A DNA stretch of 63,395 nt, filler included, from Octopus bimaculoides (Eukaryota), in assembly GCF_001194135.2 (NCBI RefSeq). It is 4 parts of 4 records of this genome, joined end to end, with 100 filler letters (N's around TTAATTAATTAA, not from the genome) between each part and the next. Parts side by side here need not be neighbours in the genome. Positions count along the whole stretch, not along the records: positions 18,368 to 37,093 come from NC_068984.1; positions 37,194 to 61,919 come from NC_068987.1; 2 more parts are not named here. One strand, 5' to 3'. The position numbers and the translations under genes were made by a program. Under the pieces are notes generated by a model, which did not search any database, was not told where the DNA came from, and saw nothing but the letters and a program-made list of their open reading frames with translations. Position 1 is the first letter of the stretch; the number at the start of each line of letters is the position of its first letter. Below are positions 24,121 through 37,548 of the stretch, in pieces.

Positions 24121-26569
24121 TAATATATAATACTACCATAAGTACTATTGTGTTGTAATATGTTATTGTATATTGTGATAGAAAATGAATACTTTGTCAA
24201 AACATTACTGAGAAGAGTTTTGTGCAGAACAGACATGACTGTGAACGAAGTGCAAAGCTCTCTAAAAGGATTTTGCTTAGTGTATTCACCACTTAGATAA
24301 TCACAAAGCTACAAATGTAAAGGAGAATAAAGTCAAGTAAATTTACCCTCAGTACATGAATGACACTTTTACTTTATTAATCCTAGAAGCTTGAAAATCA
24401 AAGGCAAAGTCTACTCTGGTAGATTTAAACTCAAAACGCAGAAGGACAAAACTGAATACTGCAAATCATTTATTCAGTTACTCTACTAGCCAATCCATTT
24501 CTCTCATGTATTCTGAACTTATCCACAGACTCACTTCTGGTATCTACTGTCTGGCAGAAGTTGTCAAAATTGTGATGATATTTGGTAGACAACAAATGAG
24601 GGATTGAGCATGTCTGAATCCATTGTGTGTGATTTTTCTCCTGCTTTTCCATATGTTCTTTTGTCATCCTCCTGTACCACATTTTTATTGATATATATAA
24701 AAGTTGTAAGTAAGCATCTCTTTGATGGACTAGCATCTTGTTTAGGAGGAATGTTGTGATCTCAGTAACTTTACACATAATAAGCCTGTTCATTTAGTTA
24801 GAATGAAAGGATCATTTGAAAGCTGCAACAACACAAGGAAGTGCATGTAACCAGCAATGTATAACAACATCCAATAGTCTGGTTGATACAGTGTTACAGT
24901 GATATATTACAACAGGTAAATACTTTTTCCCACTGTGAATAATGACAGGTAATGCTACATAGGCACAATAATTAGAATTTTACTTTGCTTAAATTTCATG
25001 ATGCTTACACAAAATAATGAAATGAATTACTATTTTTCAAAATATAGATATTTATCAAATTAATACGAAATTAAATAAGAGGATAAAATGCACTTGTCAC
25101 ACTTTGTAAAGTGGTTAGTGAATGAATAGAGACAATTCAGAGTTGAAAGAAGGAAGCTTTAGTCTTGTTGAGGACAGGATAATCTCTCTAGGGTTGGTGA
25201 CACAACAAAATACATTTAGTATCTTGTGTAAAGTGGTTTGTATTAGGAAAGGTAACCAGCTATAGAAACATCATCAAAAATGGAATGTACAAGTGAGATA
25301 AGATCCCTCAATCTATTTAGAAGGATAATAGTCCTGAATAAAAACTGACTAGAACAATGACAACTCACCAAACACATGCTAGCATGGAAAGTAGATATAA
25401 AATGATGATGATGATAACTATGTACACTATTTTCCTTTGTATATTTGCAATACATATGCTAGTAATAACAATAGTACTGTTTAACTATCAATTAAATACA
25501 GATGTAACATATTGATTAGTTTAATGTAAGGTTAAGTGATATTTTTAGAGTGACCAAGCAACCAATAATGAATATGATTATATAATATAACCAATATTAT
25601 TAGTATTGATTTTGCCAACTTGAAATCAATTATTTCATCTTGATAATGATTCTTTTCATACTGTTTAGGTCACTTTTGCAAAATTCATATAATTGCTTGA
25701 GAAAAACTTTTACATCTTCCATATTCTTTTGATTTTGCTGCTTCATATTACATTTTGTTTATTCTTTGACTGTCTTCAGTCTTTAGACTGCAGCCATGCT
25801 GGAGCATCACCTTCAAGTTTTCTTTCTTTTCTTTTTCAGTCAATTATATTGACCTCAGTACTTTGTCTGGTACTTCTTTTAATCAATTCCTATTTAAGTT
25901 CTCTGTGACATAAGACAGATAAATATACTTAAATATCATTAGGTATTTTTATTCAACACACAAATTTTCACATACACACATATACATATATGCATGTATG
26001 TATCATCATTCCATTTTTATACCCATTCTTTTTATACTAGTATTGGTTGGACAAGGCTTACTAGTTTCCAAGTAAGTTACTTATTTAGTTGATATTTTTC
26101 ATAACAGATTGTATAACAGCCAAGTATTTTTATGGCAAGTGTAATCATTGACACCACTTCTGTGGTGACATTGTGTTATGCTTTAAGTGTATAAACAATA
26201 CCAAGGTGCAGATGAGAATGCACAAACATAGATGTACATGCTCAAACAGTGCCAAAAATGTCCAAGTGAAAAGAAACATATGAAGAGGAAGAAAAGTAGA
26301 CATGGGTAGGAGTGGTAAAAGCTGATCTAAAGATGCTGAACATTACAAAAGAGATGACAACAGAATGTCATATATGGTGAGATTATTTTGGAAAAGATCC
26401 ATAAAAACATATGCAAACATGGAAAAGAATGCATAAAAATGATGACGAATGATGAGGATAGACTTCTATACAGTTTCCAGTCAACATTTCACTCACAAGA
26501 TATTGATCAGTTTGAGCATATAATAGAAAACACTTGCCATTGGGGACACTTGGGGAGAATGAACCCAAA

Positions 26570-27297
26570 ACTGCATAGTTGTGAAGCAACATAGCTACGG
26601 TGGGAAGAGACTCATGGGGAGGACAGAGCATTATAGTATGGGGCAAGATTGCACTCAACCAGAAACTTGGACTGGTGGTCTTCCAAAACATTGGCCAAGG
26701 CCAGGGCAATGGAGAAACCACTGCTCGCTATATCAACCAAGTGTTGAGGCCTCATATTGTGTCATACGTTGCCTGTCATCGGAATCAGATGTTCCAACAT
26801 GACAACGCCCGTACCCATACTACCAGGTTGACAACAGACTTCCTCTAACAGCACAACATCCAGACACTGCCATGGCCTGCCCTAAGTCCAGACTTGAACC
26901 CCATGGAGCACCTGTGGGATGAAATCTAAAAAAGGTTAAATGACATCCATCCAAAGGCAACAACTGCAGGACAACACACTAAATTTTAACAGAGTGTGGG
27001 CTGCGATCCCCATGGCCTTCATCAATCATTTGGTGCATTCAATGCACAGAAGATGCCTGGCAGTAATCAATGCTAACGGTGGTCACATGAGGCATTGAGT
27101 TCATCTCTTTGTATCCAGGACGCTCTGTCATCACATGACACCATGTGACGTCAAACCTGTTTCAGGAAGTGACATTTTATCATTAGGAAAGAATGGTTTC
27201 TTAATTAGCACTCTTCAATCAATGCTATGGTAGTCTGCTAATAAACTGGTTTCTATTTAGTATGTGTGCAACGTTTCTTTTGTTTTTCATTTAATAT
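26570..27297 (+). mobile_element. Tc1-family transposon, 3' half
   Basis: WGGQSIIVWG, FQHDNARTH and PWPALSPDLNPMEHLWD (hand-read) are Tc1 DDE motifs; a Tc1-like 3' end CGTTTCTTTTGTTTTTCATTTAATATA is present. Confidence 0.85.
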
Positions 27298-27647
27298 ACA
27301 TATACATATATATTGGAAAATTGAATAAGGAGACAAATACTCAGAATGTTGTTAAACCATTTATATCTTGAAGTCTTCTACATATGTTTCAACAGATGCA
27401 CTCTAAAAATGTATGACAGGATAAATTAGGGTCAGCAATGCATCAATCTCATCAGGAAGGATATAAATAACAAACTCATCAAACAGACATGTTAACAGAA
27501 ATAGAAAGTCCTATAACATGTAACGTATTTATATTCATATGCACACACACGTACACACACTCAAATATGCGACATGTAAATATAAACATTATATACATAC
27601 AAAAAAACACAAACATATACAAACACATATACATACACATACACATA

Positions 27648-27686
<39 letters not shown>

Positions 27687-27863
27687 AGGTCTGGAGGTGA
27701 TGTACAGGAATTATATTATAGAAAAAAAATTAAGGTACTCAGAAATCTGGATGGTTGTACATTTACAGATTTTTATTAATGTCACATGTTTCATAAATAA
27801 AGTGCTTTTCACCTAATCGTGTAGGATTTTCAAATTGTTATACATATATATACACACACACGT

Positions 27864-27894
<31 letters not shown>

Positions 27895-28064
27895 CATTTT
27901 TTATATATAAACATATACGTAAATGTATACATATACATACACACAAGCACACATACATATATATTCGAATACATACATACATAAGCAGAAATACACTCAC
28001 ACTCACATGCATGTATATCTACACATATACTTGTTCATATTCTTGTGCCAATGACATAGAAACA

Positions 28065-28420
28065 TTCTTATGCTAAAATATCTCACTGGCACTTGTGCCG
28101 ATGACATGAAAAAAAATCATTCGAGCAAGGTCATTGCCAGTGCCACTAGACTGGATCTTGTGCAGGTGGCATGTAAAAAACACTATTTGAGCATGACCGT
28201 TGCCAGTACTGCCTGACTGGCCCTCATGCCGGTGGCACGTAAAAGCACCCACTACACTCTCAGAGTGGTTGGCTTTAGTAAGGGCATCCAGCTGTAGAAA
28301 CTCTGCCAGATTAGATTGGAGCCTGGTGCAGCCATCTGGTTCGCCAGTCTTTAGTCAAATCATCCAACCCATGCTAGCATGGAAAGTGGACATTAAACGA
28401 TGATGATGATGATGATGACA
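28065..28420 (+). mobile_element. RTE 3' UTR/tail copy
   Basis: Matches the 3' UTR of the RTE copies at 19440 and 54300; (GAT)n tail. Confidence 0.75.
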
Positions 28421-28914
28421 ATCACATACTTATACACATACACAAACAATCATATATATACACAAGAGCATACACACCCCAAAACATGGATAGACCCAAA
28501 CACATAATTGTATACACATACACACACACTTACTTAAGCACATTATTGTTCATTTACAAAATACTTACATATGAAAAGGGGATGCTAGGAATTTAAATGA
28601 CATTATTGAAACAAACTAGATATTGTGAGAAAAGGAGAAGATGTATAGAAAGATAGCGGGAGAAAGAAGGGAAGGATAAAACAAAGTAAAAAATGAGAGA
28701 GAGAGAGAGAGAAGGAAGAGGAATGGGCAAATTGTAAGTATAAAAAAATGCATAAAAAGAAAAGAAAGAAGGGGAGAGGAGGAAAAATTATGGGAAGTAA
28801 GATGGAAGAAAAAATAAAAGAAAATTTGCAGAAATTATTATTAGTTTATGGGAAGAAATTATTTGAAAGAACTAAAAAAGTGTTAATTCAAAGAATATAT
28901 ATATATATATATAT

Positions 28915-29300
28915 CCCAGGAAGACATGGGAGGATGTGGTGAAGCATGATCTTTGGATGTTGGGCTTCATGGAGGCAATGACAAGTGACCAAAACCTTTG
29001 GCAATATGTTGTGCTTAAGAAGATTCATCAAGCCAAATGAAATAGTAGTCGTGGCCAATGCCAGTGTCATATAACTGGCACCTGTGTTGGTGGCACATAA
29101 ATGCACCCATGCCAGTGACATGTAAAAAGCTCCCATTACTCTTGGAGTTGTTGGCATTAGGAAGGGCATCCAGCCATAGAAACCATGCTGGTTTGGCATG
29201 GTTTCAGACTGGAACCTGGTGCAGCTCTCTGACTCACCAGTTCCAGTCACACCGTCTAGGCCATGTCAGCATGGAGAGCAGAAGCTAATTGATGACAATA
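28915..29300 (+). mobile_element. Short 5'-truncated RTE 3' end
   Basis: CCCAGGAAGACATGGGAGGATGTGGTGAAGCATGATC (RPRKTW..VVKHD) followed by the tail. Confidence 0.7.
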
Positions 29301-31092
29301 ATGAGGGGGTGCAACTTTATGCTAGGAAATGATGAGTAGAAACAAGTAAAGTATGAGAGAAAGGGAACTGGTTTCTTGCTGTTGAGGAGATACATGACTA
29401 CACACATTTTAGAAGAGAGGGTAGGAGTGATCATGTGGAGCCAGAATGCAATGAAAATAGCAGTGATGAGGTATCAAGGTAGACCTTCAAGGTATGAGGT
29501 GAGTAGAAATGAGTGGGACAGAGGGACCAGGAGTGAGCTGAGGAGTCAGGAACATCTGATAGTGCAGAGTAGCTGAATAGTAATGATGATGAAGTAAACA
29601 GGAGGATGAAAGAGAGATGACATACTGTTGGGTATGTTACAGAAGAGAAGAGAGAATAGGTATGGTATATGGAGAGGGTGAGATGTATAGTGGTGGAGGA
29701 GAAGAGATAATTTGATGGTACACACACACACATTGGGCTTCAACAAAATTTCTACCAAATCTCATTCTTTCACTTATAAAGCTTTGGTCTAGATCAACAT
29801 GAGTAATGTTAGAAAACAACCGAAAAAAAAAAAGCGCATCCTTTTGATTGCAAGAGAAACATCTCTGCAACACAGTTATAACTATTTAAGAATAAGATTT
29901 TAAGTTTTGAAATACTAAACCCGTCATTTGAGATGAAAAATGTGTTAAAAGATGATCTTATAAAATATTTACATGTAAAATATTATTTTTTTAAAAATGT
30001 GCTTCTCTGATGAGGTTAATATTATGAAAAGTTATCTCATTCACATCTCATCTCAGAAATATTTTTATTCTGGAGTTTGTTAAAATGTCTAAATGAAAAT
30101 AGTTTATGCATGCTTAGTTGATCTAAAAAAAATTTTGTTGTTTTTAATCTCAAACTTACCAAAACAAAATAAACAGTGTTTACAGTCAAACATTTAACAA
30201 ATTTTTATAGGCAAACTATCACTAAGAGTAAAAAAATATATATACTAGATATAAATCAATTCTTTCTGATTCATTTTAGCCTATCCTTTTAAAACTACAT
30301 ATGTACAAAGTACACACATGCACACATACACNNNNNNNNNNCTTCAGTTATCTGGCCATTTTCATAGCAATTTTCAATGGCCAGATAGCTGAAGAGATGG
30401 TGGCGTGGGTTTCCACCCTGGCATCCGAAACTCGGAGTTTTATCATGGCTACCAAATAATTGTCACATATTTTTACAGCTATAAATATATATATATATAT
30501 CATCATCATCGTTTAACGTTTGCTTTTCATGCTAGCATGGGTTGGATGATTTGACTGAGGACTGATGAAACCAGATGGCTACATCATACATTCAAAATAA
30601 ACATTCAAAATAAATGGAAGTGGAGAGACAAGTTACTGAAGAGATTGCAAGAATGAAATGAAATGATTTAACAAAAAAATAATAAATACTGTTTATAAAT
30701 TAATAAAGGACTGAACCAGTGCATGTGTTTATTACTGGCATAATGCCTCTCCCAAGGTTTAATTGTATTAAAATACAGTTATACAGTCTTTGATCATGAT
30801 AAGAAAATGTTAAAAACAGTTTACATGAAAGTATTCAAGAAAGGGAATACAATAAGTATTTTGAGTTCAATAAAAATCATGTTTGTGTGGTAGTGAATTT
30901 ACAAAAATGTCAGACCTCTCTGTCTGACATTTTCTGTCTTGTGTGTAACCAAGGAATGTTTGCTTTATTAAGGGATAGTGTGGAAGGTTGGTTGGGCAGG
31001 GAAGAGCAATGTGGAATCAAAAGGATTTTTTTGTTTCTGGGCTAGTCTGTCATGGTTCAGTGGTTTTTGGGACTGGTCTTAGAGGTCAGAAT

Positions 31093-31180
<88 letters not shown>

Positions 31181-32960
31181 TGTGTACGTCTTTATGTGTG
31201 TATGTCTGTGTGGGCTGTTTTTGATTGATCTCAGAGTTTAGTGTGGTGTGTGTATGGATCTGTGTGCACATGTGTGTGTATGTGTTTGTTTGTGTGTGTG
31301 TGTATGTATGCATCTGTGTGTGTGCATGTGTATGTTAGTATGTGTTTTGTGTTAGTGGGGATGTTATGTATGTGTACGTGAGTGTGTGTGTCTGTGTGTG
31401 TTGCATTTATTTGGATGGTGTGTATGTGTGTGCGTGTATGTTCTGTGCATATTGGTACTGAGTATGCGTTTGTGTGTGTGTTGTATATGTGGGTGTGGTT
31501 TATGTACTTTCCGGGTGTGTGTGCACATATGTGTGTACTGTATNNNNNNNNNNNNNNNNNNNNNNNNNNNNNNNNNNNNNNNNNNNNNNNNNNNNNNNNN
31601 NNNNNNNNNNNNNNNNNNNNNNNNNNNNNNNNNNNNNNNNNNNNNNNNNNNNNNNNNNNNNNNNNNNNNNNNNNNNNNNNNNNNNNNNNNNNNNNNNNNN
31701 NNNNNNNNNNNNNNNNNNNNNNNNNNNNNNNNNNNNNNNNNNNNNNNNNNNNNNNNNNNNNNNNNNNNNNNNNNNNNNNNNNNNNNNNNNNNNNNNNNNN
31801 NNNNNNNNNNNNNNNNNNNNNNNNNNNNNNNNNNNNNNNNNNNNNNNNNNNNNNNNNNNNNNNNNNNNNNNNNNNNNNNNNNNNNNNNNNNNNNNNNNNN
31901 NNNNNNNNNNNNNNNNNNNNNNNNNNNNNNNNNNNNNNNNNNNNNNNNNNNNNNNNNNNNNNNNNNNNNNNNNNNNNNNNNNNNNNNNNNNNNNNNNNNN
32001 NNNNNNNNNNNNNNNNNNNNNNNNNNNNNNNNNNNNGTGTACCCTTAATGTAGTTCTCGGGGATATTCAGTGTGACACAGTGTGACAAGGCTGACCCTTT
32101 GAATTACAGGCACAACAGAAACAGGAAGTAAGAGTGAGAGAAAGTTGTGGTGAAAGAATACAGCAGGGTTCACCACCATCCCCTGCCGGAGCCTCGTGGA
32201 GCTTTTAGGTGTTTTCGCTCAATAAACACTCACAATGCCCGGTCTGGAAATCGAAACCGCGATCCTATGACCGCGAGTCCGCTGCCCTAACCACTGGGCC
32301 ATTGCGCCTCCACTCACATGTATATATATGTATGTGTTTTTTCTTGGAATGTGTGCGGGTTTGTGCTCGAGTGTGGGGATATTGTGTTTGTGTGTGTGTG
32401 TATATGTATGTGTGGGAGGTTTGCATTGTGTTTGTGTGTGTGTTTTTGTACATCTGTATGTGTTTCTCTGTGTATTTGTTGTGGGTGTGTACCTGGGGGG
32501 GTATGTTAAAGTATGTTGAGTTGTGGTCTGTATTTGTGTTTGGTCAGTGGTGTTGTCTGGACATTGGTATTGTGGGAAAACTAGGAATTTGGGGGACTTG
32601 TTTTGTGCACAGAGATCTAGGTGACCACTAAGTGATATCTGTCTTGTGGTGGGGTACCTCAAGAAAAAAACACACACATATATACACGCAATACAATCAC
32701 AACAAACACTCACAAACACACAGACATACACACTAACATGCACACACACACACACACACACCACCCTGACAAATAAAAGACACATAGACACACTCACAAG
32801 TATACACACACACTGCACAAGCAATACAAACAAAACACTCACAAATACAGTACACACACACATGTGCACACCCCCCCAGAAAGTACATAATCCACACCCA
32901 CACAAACGCATACTCAGTACCAACATGCACAGAACGTACATGCACACGCATAAGACATTA
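31093..32960. repeat. Complex (TG)n/(CA)n degenerate repeat block with inverted halves, containing a gap and a SINE
   Basis: TG-rich 31093-32530 and CA-rich 32670-32960; 31430-31543 is the approximate reverse complement of 32845-32945. Confidence 0.7.
32040..32312 (-). mobile_element. tRNA-derived SINE (family C), 5' part
   Basis: Minus head GGAGGCGCAATGGCCCAGTGGTTAGGGCAGCGGACTCGCGGTCATAGGATCGCGGTTTCGATTTCC is tRNA-like with A and B boxes. Confidence 0.8.
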
Positions 32961-33220
32961 AATAATGGGTGCATAGAAATAGGGCTGAGGTCAAATTTGT
33001 ACATAAACTCCAGCTTTAAGTGCAGGGGTGTGATGCCTTCCAAAATTAATATTGGCTATGGGCAGCGTATCGACTGAACTAGTCTGTGCATGATGGAACA
33101 AAAGTATTAAGAGGCAGCCAACAGGTATCAAGTCAGTTTACATGTTTATAGTTTTATAACATATTGAAAAGAATTGCAAATCTACATAAAGGAAAATATA
33201 CATACATATATAAACACATG

Positions 33221-33570
33221 TGAAGGCGCATGGCTCAATGGTTAGAGTGTCAGGCTCACAATCATGAGGTTGTAAGTTCGATCCCTGGCTGGGCTGTGTG
33301 TTTTGTTCTTCACCAAGACACTTTATTTCACATTGCTCCAGATCACTCAGTTGTAGAAATGAGTTGCAGCATCACTGGTGCCAAACTGTATCAGTCATTG
33401 CCTTTCCATTTGATTACATCGGTTATGTGGAAAGGGGAGATTGTTATGCATGGGCAACTGTTGGTCTTCCGTAAGCAATCTTGTCTGGACTTGTGCCTTG
33501 GAGGGGAACTTTCCAGGAGCAATCCCATGATCATTCGTGACCGAAGGAGCTCCTATCTTATTCTTTTATA
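33221..33570 (+). mobile_element. tRNA-derived SINE (family D)
   Basis: GGCGCATGGCTCAATGGTTAGAG (A box) and GTTCGATCC (B box), followed by a non-tRNA body. Confidence 0.7.
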
Positions 33571-33591
33571 AATACATACATCTCAGATATC

Positions 33592-33855
33592 GTCGTCGTC
33601 GTCGTCGTCGTCGTTTAACGTCCGCTTTCCATGCTAGCATGGGTTGGATGATTTGACTGAGGACTGGTGAAACCAGATGGCTACACCAGGCTCCAATCTG
33701 ATTTGGCAGAGTTTCTACAGCTGGATGCCCTTCCTAACGCCAACCACTCAGAGAGTGTAGTGGGTGCTTTTACGTGTCACCCGCACGGAGGCCAGTAAGG
33801 CGGTACTGGCAACGGCTACGCTCAAAATGGTGCATTTCATGTGCCACCCGCACAA
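33592..33855 (-). mobile_element. RTE 3' tail copy, here with a (GAC)n tail variant
   Basis: (GTC)n-GTTTAACGTCCGCTTTCCATGCTAGCATGGG on the plus strand. Confidence 0.8.
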
Positions 33856-34068
33856 AAAAAAAAAAAAAAAAATCTTTGATAGAAATGTTTAAGGACCTTT
33901 ACATGGGTCTTCAAAGAATTTTACATGGCCTGTACATGAGTAAAGGTGCAATGTTAGCAAACACACACAGTATACACCAACTTTAGTTCACCTGTGATGC
34001 CATGTTGCAACCAGTTACAAAACTCAAGACTGGGGGAACCAGTTGCTTTCTAAAGCCATAACCCTTTA

Positions 34069-34295
34069 GCATTTAAACTGGCCATATCCAGCCCAAATAT
34101 TCTACCTATTTTATATTCAAACTGGCCATATCTGGTCTCTCATACCTAATCTACAATGTCAGTCTAAAAATAAAGAATGATATTTTCAAAATCTGAGAGA
34201 TACAAGATAATATACAATTAATTCAAAACAATGTGAATAAATAAGTATTAAATTAGATAAAGTAATCAGAATGCTAAAGAATTAAAGAACAAGAA
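34069..34295 (+). mobile_element. piggyBac-like MITE
   Basis: Begins TAACCCTTTAGCATT and ends AATGCTAAAGAATTAA (imperfect TIRs with TTAA); the left end resembles 5143-5230. Confidence 0.65.
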
Positions 34296-34299
34296 TTAT

Positions 34300-36690
34300 G
34301 GAGTACCATAAAAAAACATCAAGTTCAAGCACCACCCCCTCAGACACAACCCATACCAGAGAAAGTTGAAAGACTTGATACGAATCTTAGATACCAAAAA
34401 GGGAATTTTAACACATTCAGACAAAACTAGAAACATCTGTAATATCGACCCCCAACATATACCACAAACTCATCCATAGAGAAATCAGAAAAAAGTATAA
34501 GGGACTACCCTTATAGCACACTAAAAAGATAAACCTAGAAGCCAGAAATATAACGTTGGATTTTAATTTAGGAGATAAGACAGAGCCATTTACTCCAATT
34601 AGACCCTGCATAACAATTAAGGACCACAAAGAAAATTTCCTAAATAAAACACAAGTTAGATTAATTTGTCCTAACAAATCTGACATAGGTAAGCTTAGTA
34701 AAATAATCTTAGATAAATATTTACTAACGATAAAAAATAAAGTTAAACTATGGAGTAACACCCAAGGTGAACTAGATTGGTTCTCCAATATACAGATAGA
34801 AAGTAGATGTAACCAAAAATTCATACAAATCTATATACAGAACTACTACTCCTTCATAAACCCTATTGTTCTTAACAGTGCTCTCATTTTCGTCAGGAGA
34901 CACACTAACCCAAATATGAGGGAGATAAACGTGATACTCACTGCCTAAAAGACTGTTATAGAATTTGATAACAAACTATGGGCTAGGAAAGACACACTAG
35001 ATCTCTTTGATATCACAATGGGCTCGCCAGACTCAGCAGAAGTAACAGATATGATAGGATTATACATCTTGGATAATATAAGTAGAGAATTCCCAGAATT
35101 AACTAGAGGTCTATATAGGGATGACACACTATTTTTAGTTAGGAACATTTCAAACAGACGCCTTGGACTGTTTAAGAAATGATTACATAAATTCTTTAAT
35201 AGGTTTGGCCTATCCATCATCATCATCATCATCATCATCGTTTAACGTCCGCTTTCCATGCTAGCATGGGTTGGACGATTTGACTGAGGACTGGTGAAAC
35301 CGGATGGCAACACCAGGCTCCAATCTAATTTGGCAGAGTTTCTACAGCTGGATGCCCTTCCTAATGCCAACCACTCAGAGAGTGTAGTGGGTGCTTTTAC
35401 GTGTCACCCGCACGAAAACGGCCACGCTCGGAATGGTGTCTTTTATGTGCCACCCGCACAANNNNNNNNNNNNNNNNNNNNNNNNNNNNNNNNNNNNNNN
35501 NNNNNNNNNNNNNNNNNNNNNNNNNNNNNNNNNNNNNNNNNNNNNNNNNNNNNNNNNNNNNNNNNNNNNNNNNNNNNNNNNNNNNNNNNNNNNNNNNNNN
35601 NNNNNNNNNNNNNNNNNNNNNNNNNNNNNNNNNNNNNNNNNNNNNNNNNNNNNNNNNNNNNNNNNNNNNNNNNNNNNNNNNNNNNNNNNNNNNNNNNNNN
35701 NNNNNNNNNNNNNNNNNNNNNNNNNNNNNNNNNNNNNNNNNNNNNNNNNNNNNNNNNNNNNNNNNNNNNNNNNNNNNNNNNNNNNNNNNNNNNNNNNNNN
35801 NNNNNNNNNNNNNNNNNNNNNNNNNNNNNNNNNNNNNNNNNNNNNNNNNNNNNNNNNNNNNNNNNNNNNNNNNNNNNNNNNNNNNNNNNNNNNNNNNNNN
35901 NNNNNNNNNNNNNNNNNNNNNNNNNNNNNNNNNNNNNNNNNNNNNNNNNNNNNNNNNNNNNNNNNNNNNNNNNNNNNNNNNNNNNNNNNNNNNNNNNNNN
36001 NTCCCTCAACTGTTAGGGTGTGGCACTTTTTCACGCAGCTATCCTCATCCATTCTCACCACATGTCCATACCAGCGCAATCGTCTCTCTTGCACACCACA
36101 ACTGATGCTTCTAACGTTCAGCTTTTCTCTCAAGATACTTACACTCTGACGGGTATTCACATTGACATTACACATCCAACGGAGCATACTGGCTTCATTC
36201 CTTGCGAGCTTACGTATGTCCTCAGCAGTTACAGCCCATGTTTCACTGCCATGTAACATGGCTGTTCGTACGCATGCGTCATACAGTCTGCCTTTTACTC
36301 TGAGTGAGAGTCCCTTTGTCGCCAGCAGGGGTAAGAGCTCTCTCATAACTGTTGAAAATGGGAACTACTTGATAAACTATTTAAACATAAATTGCAACTT
36401 AAACACCGGACTCCATGAGCTTTATATGAAAGAAAACTCTACCTTAAGATATATAAATAATTCTAGTAACCATCCCCAGCAAATAAAAAGAGCCCTACTA
36501 CGGAATATAAGTAAAAGGATTTCAAACCTCTCCTCTTTAATAAACGCAAAGATAGGTATAACATAGTACTAAAAAATGCAGGATATAAAGAAAAAATTAA
36601 ACACTCTCCCAGAAACAGTCATGGTAATAAGAATAATACTATAGACAGTAGTAAGGATAGGACTAATACTGGGAACTATAAAAATGCATT
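34300..36690 (+). mobile_element. Penelope-like retroelement RT remnant, split by an antisense RTE
   Basis: DKTRNI, CITIKDHKENF..VRLICPNKSDIGKLSK, FDITMGSPDSAEV and YRDD; resumes at 36344 with ITVE..YINNSSNHP..KRISNLSS. Confidence 0.7.
35218..36343 (-). mobile_element. 5'-truncated RTE LINE nested in the Penelope-like element
   Basis: RELLPLLATKGLSLRVKGRLYDAC..RRLRWYGHV with few lesions; (CAT)n on the plus strand at 35215-35240. Confidence 0.9.
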
Positions 36691-36721
36691 TATGTATATA
36701 TATATATGTATATATATATAT

Positions 36722-37093
36722 ATAATGGCCGTCCACTCGTGACCGAGGAAGACCATTGCCGACCTTCAGGAACATTGTGCACTCTAGGACTAACTTATAT
36801 TTTGCATTTGTGGCTCCATTGGTGGCTAATGAGCCCTGCTCTTGACAAGTATACACAACTGCAAACATTGCAGACCAAGCTTTCCCCATTCACTATACGA
36901 GCCGTGCGCTTTCGCACAGCTCGCTTAAGTTCTTCATGCTGGATACGTGCTCTCTCAAAAGTGTCGATCCCCTCCTTAACCTGCTTCCTCCACCTGTGGC
37001 AATGACAGGCATTGTTCTCCCAGTCAGTGTCCTGCATATCACAAGCCTTTAATGAGGACTTGACACAGTCCTTAAATCGCAGCCTTGGTTTCT
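36722..37093 (-). mobile_element. 3' end of a second RTE/BovB-like LINE family
   Basis: W..VKEGIDTFE..CNVCSCVYLSRAGLISHQWSH resembles the RTE C-terminal C2H2-like tail; RKPRLRFKDCVK read by hand near 37070. Confidence 0.7.
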
Positions 37094-37137
37094 NNNNNNN
37101 NNNNNNNNNNNNNNNNNNNNNNNNNNNNNNNNNNNNN

Positions 37138-37149
37138 TTAATTAATTAA
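37138..37149. other. Assembly spacer TTAATTAATTAA (artefact)
   Basis: Same as 18312. Confidence 0.9.
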
Positions 37150-37548
37150 NNNNNNNNNNNNNNNNNNNNNNNNNNNNNNNNNNNNNNNNNNNNTTATATA
37201 TGTATATATTTGTATATATTTATATGTATACTTATATATATATATATATTTATATATTTATATGTATATATACATAAATGAACTGATATAAATTCACCTC
37301 AATGAATTATATGATTTTAATTCTAATTAAAAAGATAAAATGATAATGATTTCCAAGAAATAATATTATTATTTTTTTTACTAAATTGAATATGAATACA
37401 ACTGAAAGTGCACATCTAAATAGAATACATTAGATACTGAAACAAGGTTGATCATCACTTTATGAAATGAATACTTTATTTTTCTTGTCTTTAAAAAGTT
37501 TTTCATTTTGTATTTTTCTCATTTATTTATTTTTTTTCTCATTTACAG

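Noticed and set aside
24470-24793. 107-aa minus-strand ORF with a possible GTGAGT donor near 24530
   Set aside because: Weak acceptor and no match to the Hakai N-terminus or any family I recognise
32240-32312. tRNA-like heads here and at 33221-33295
   Set aside because: They continue into SINE bodies shared with other copies and lack a clean acceptor stem; not called as tRNA genes
31086-33077. HT/CV-rich ORFs (also near 27830, 48176 and 49491-49807)
   Set aside because: Translations of (CA)n/(TG)n microsatellites
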